From NCBI GenBank assembly GCA_947586625.1, contig CANPXS010000003.1, positions 1 to 58,591 on the forward strand: a stretch of DNA of 58,591 bases, given 5' to 3'. Source of the DNA: an uncultured Clostridia bacterium. GTDB lineage: Bacteria > Bacillota > Clostridia > Oscillospirales > CAG-272. Shown here piece by piece: positions 57,072-58,591 of the stretch (the first letter of the stretch is position 1; each line of letters opens with the position of its first letter). Position numbers and translations under genes: made by a program. The notes beneath the pieces are model-generated. The model was given only the letters and a program-made list of their open reading frames with translations. It made no database searches and was not told the origin of the DNA.

Positions 57072-58591
57072 ATGTTTGAAAATTACAGAGTTTTTGAAAC
57101 AGAATACGCAGGCAGACCGTTAAAGGTCGAGGTCGGCAAGGTGGCGGGACTCGCCAACGGCTCGTGCCTCATCTCCTACGGTGAAACGACGGTCCTCGCA
57201 TGCGCGACGGCGTCCGAGAAGCCGCGCGACGGCATAGACTTTCTGCCGCTGTCCGTCGATTTCGAGGAGCGTCTCTACGCGGCGGGCAAGATACCGGGCG
57301 CGTTCCTTCGCCGCGAGGGAAGACCGTCCGAGAAGGCGATACTGACGGCGCGCGTAATCGACCGCCCGATCCGTCCGCTTTTTCCGAAGGATCTCCGCAA
57401 CGACGTCGTTCTTTCGATGACGGTCATGTCGGTCGACCCCGACTGCTCGCCCGAGATAACGGCGATGATAGGCGCGTCCATCGCGCTCTCCATATCCGAC
57501 ATACCGTGGAACGGACCGATATCGGGCGCGTTCATCGGCATGGTGGACGGCGTGCCGGTCGTCAATCCGACGGCAGCGCAGCGCGCGGTCAGCACACTTG
57601 AGCTTACGGTCGCGTCGAGCGCGAAGAAGGTCGTAATGATCGAGGCGGGCGCGAAGGAAGTGTCCGATGCGAACATGTTTACCGCGATCATGCTTGGTCA
57701 CGAGGAAAACTGCAAGCTGCTCGAGTTCATAGACAAGATAATCGCCGAGGTCGGCAAGCCGAAGTTCGAGTATCCGTCGTGCGAGCTCGATCACGACATG
57801 TTTGACAAAGTATTCGATTTCTGCGAAAAGGACGTCATGTTCGCACTCGATACGAACGACAAGAACGTCCGCGACGAGCGTATGGTCCCGATAAAGGACG
57901 CGATAGTCGAAAAATTCTCCGAGGAGTATCCGACGATAGCGGATCAGATGGAGGAACTCGTTTATAAGATACAGAAGAAGATAGTGCGCCGCTGGCTGCT
58001 CGAGGACGGCAAGCGCGTAGACGGCAGACGTCTCGACGAGATAAGACCTCTCGCCGCCGAGGCGGGCGTTCTTCCGAGAGTACACGGCAGCGGACTGTTC
58101 ACGCGCGGTCAGACGCAGGTCATGTCCATATGCACGCTCGGCTCCATTGACGAGGCGCAGGAGCTTGACGGCATCGACGAGCAGACGACGAAGCGCTACA
58201 TGCACCACTACAATATGCCCGGCTATTCTACGGGCGAGGCAAAGGCGTCGCGCAGCCCGGGACGCCGTGAGATCGGTCACGGAGCGCTCGCGGAGCGTTC
58301 GCTCGTGCCCGTTCTTCCGTCGATAGACGAATTCCCGTACGCGATACGCGTCGTCTCCGAAGTCGTGTCGTCAAACGGCTCGACGTCGCAGGGCTCCGTA
58401 TGCGGCTCGACATTGGCTCTCATGGATGCGGGCGTGCCGATAAAGGCTCCTGTCGCGGGCATTTCGTGCGGACTTATCACCGAGGGCGAGCGCTGGATGA
58501 CGATGATAGACATTCAGGGACTCGAGGACTTCTACGGCGACATGGACTTCAAGGTCGCCGGCACGCACAAGGGCATCACGTCCATTCAGAT
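57072..58591 (+). CDS. pnp: Polyribonucleotide nucleotidyltransferase (3' truncated by window; absent from ORF track)
   Basis: MFENYRVFETEYAGRPL..., DFLPLSVDFEE, RREGRPSE, IDRPIRPLFP, RVHGSGLFTRGQTQ, RREIGHG, SNGSTSQ, GDMDFKVAG. Confidence 0.97.
   Translation, partial: MFENYRVFETEYAGRPLKVEVGKVAGLANGSCLISYGETTVLACATASEKPRDGIDFLPLSVDFEERLYAAGKIPGAFLRREGRPSEKAILTARVIDRPIRPLFPKDLRNDVVLSMTVMSVDPDCSPEITAMIGASIALSISDIPWNGPISGAFIGMVDGVPVVNPTAAQRAVSTLELTVASSAKKVVMIEAGAKEVSDANMFTAIMLGHEENCKLLEFIDKIIAEVGKPKFEYPSCELDHDMFDKVFDFCEKDVMFALDTNDKNVRDERMVPIKDAIVEKFSEEYPTIADQMEELVYKIQKKIVRRWLLEDGKRVDGRRLDEIRPLAAEAGVLPRVHGSGLFTRGQTQVMSICTLGSIDEAQELDGIDEQTTKRYMHHYNMPGYSTGEAKASRSPGRREIGHGALAERSLVPVLPSIDEFPYAIRVVSEVVSSNGSTSQGSVCGSTLALMDAGVPIKAPVAGISCGLITEGERWMTMIDIQGLEDFYGDMDFKVAGTHKGITSIQ

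Noticed and set aside
2916-58568. Many long antisense ORFs (e.g. 2916..4316, 4755..6095, 19475..21121, 25717..26850, 57120..58280)
   Set aside because: Shadow frames of GC-rich real genes; no RBS or recognisable motifs.

Overview
GC-rich, CpG-rich chromosomal segment of a Clostridia-type firmicute (Oscillospirales-like by gene content; inferred). It is mostly housekeeping: nusB-tsaD-like-xseA-xseB-ispA-tlyA-nadK-argR-recN-tyrS-murB-whiA-dnaE, PBP1A, ybaK, bioY, cysK, obgE, metA, mltG, tmk, ftsK, rpsO and a partial pnp. Small accessory modules are interspersed: a MutS-domain-V ATPase, an MBOAT/SGNH acylation module, a VTC/DUF4956/DUF4097 operon, GH2/GH43 glycosidases and an AT-richer GNAT/methyltransferase pair. 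The window opens at the right end of a large-serine-recombinase element that appears to have integrated inside the helix-turn-helix of an XRE-family regulator gene. The most unusual non-coding signal is a dispersed REP-like hairpin family with a conserved AAAAGTTTTTGAA-GGGG foot and covarying stems. Two ~230 bp BIME-like mosaics of this family flank the GH2 gene as direct repeats. There is also a codon-diverged 35 bp duplication of the DJ-1 gene 3' end that looks like an integration scar. No rRNA, tRNA or CRISPR array was seen. All calls come from reading the sequence and recognising motifs; no searches were run.
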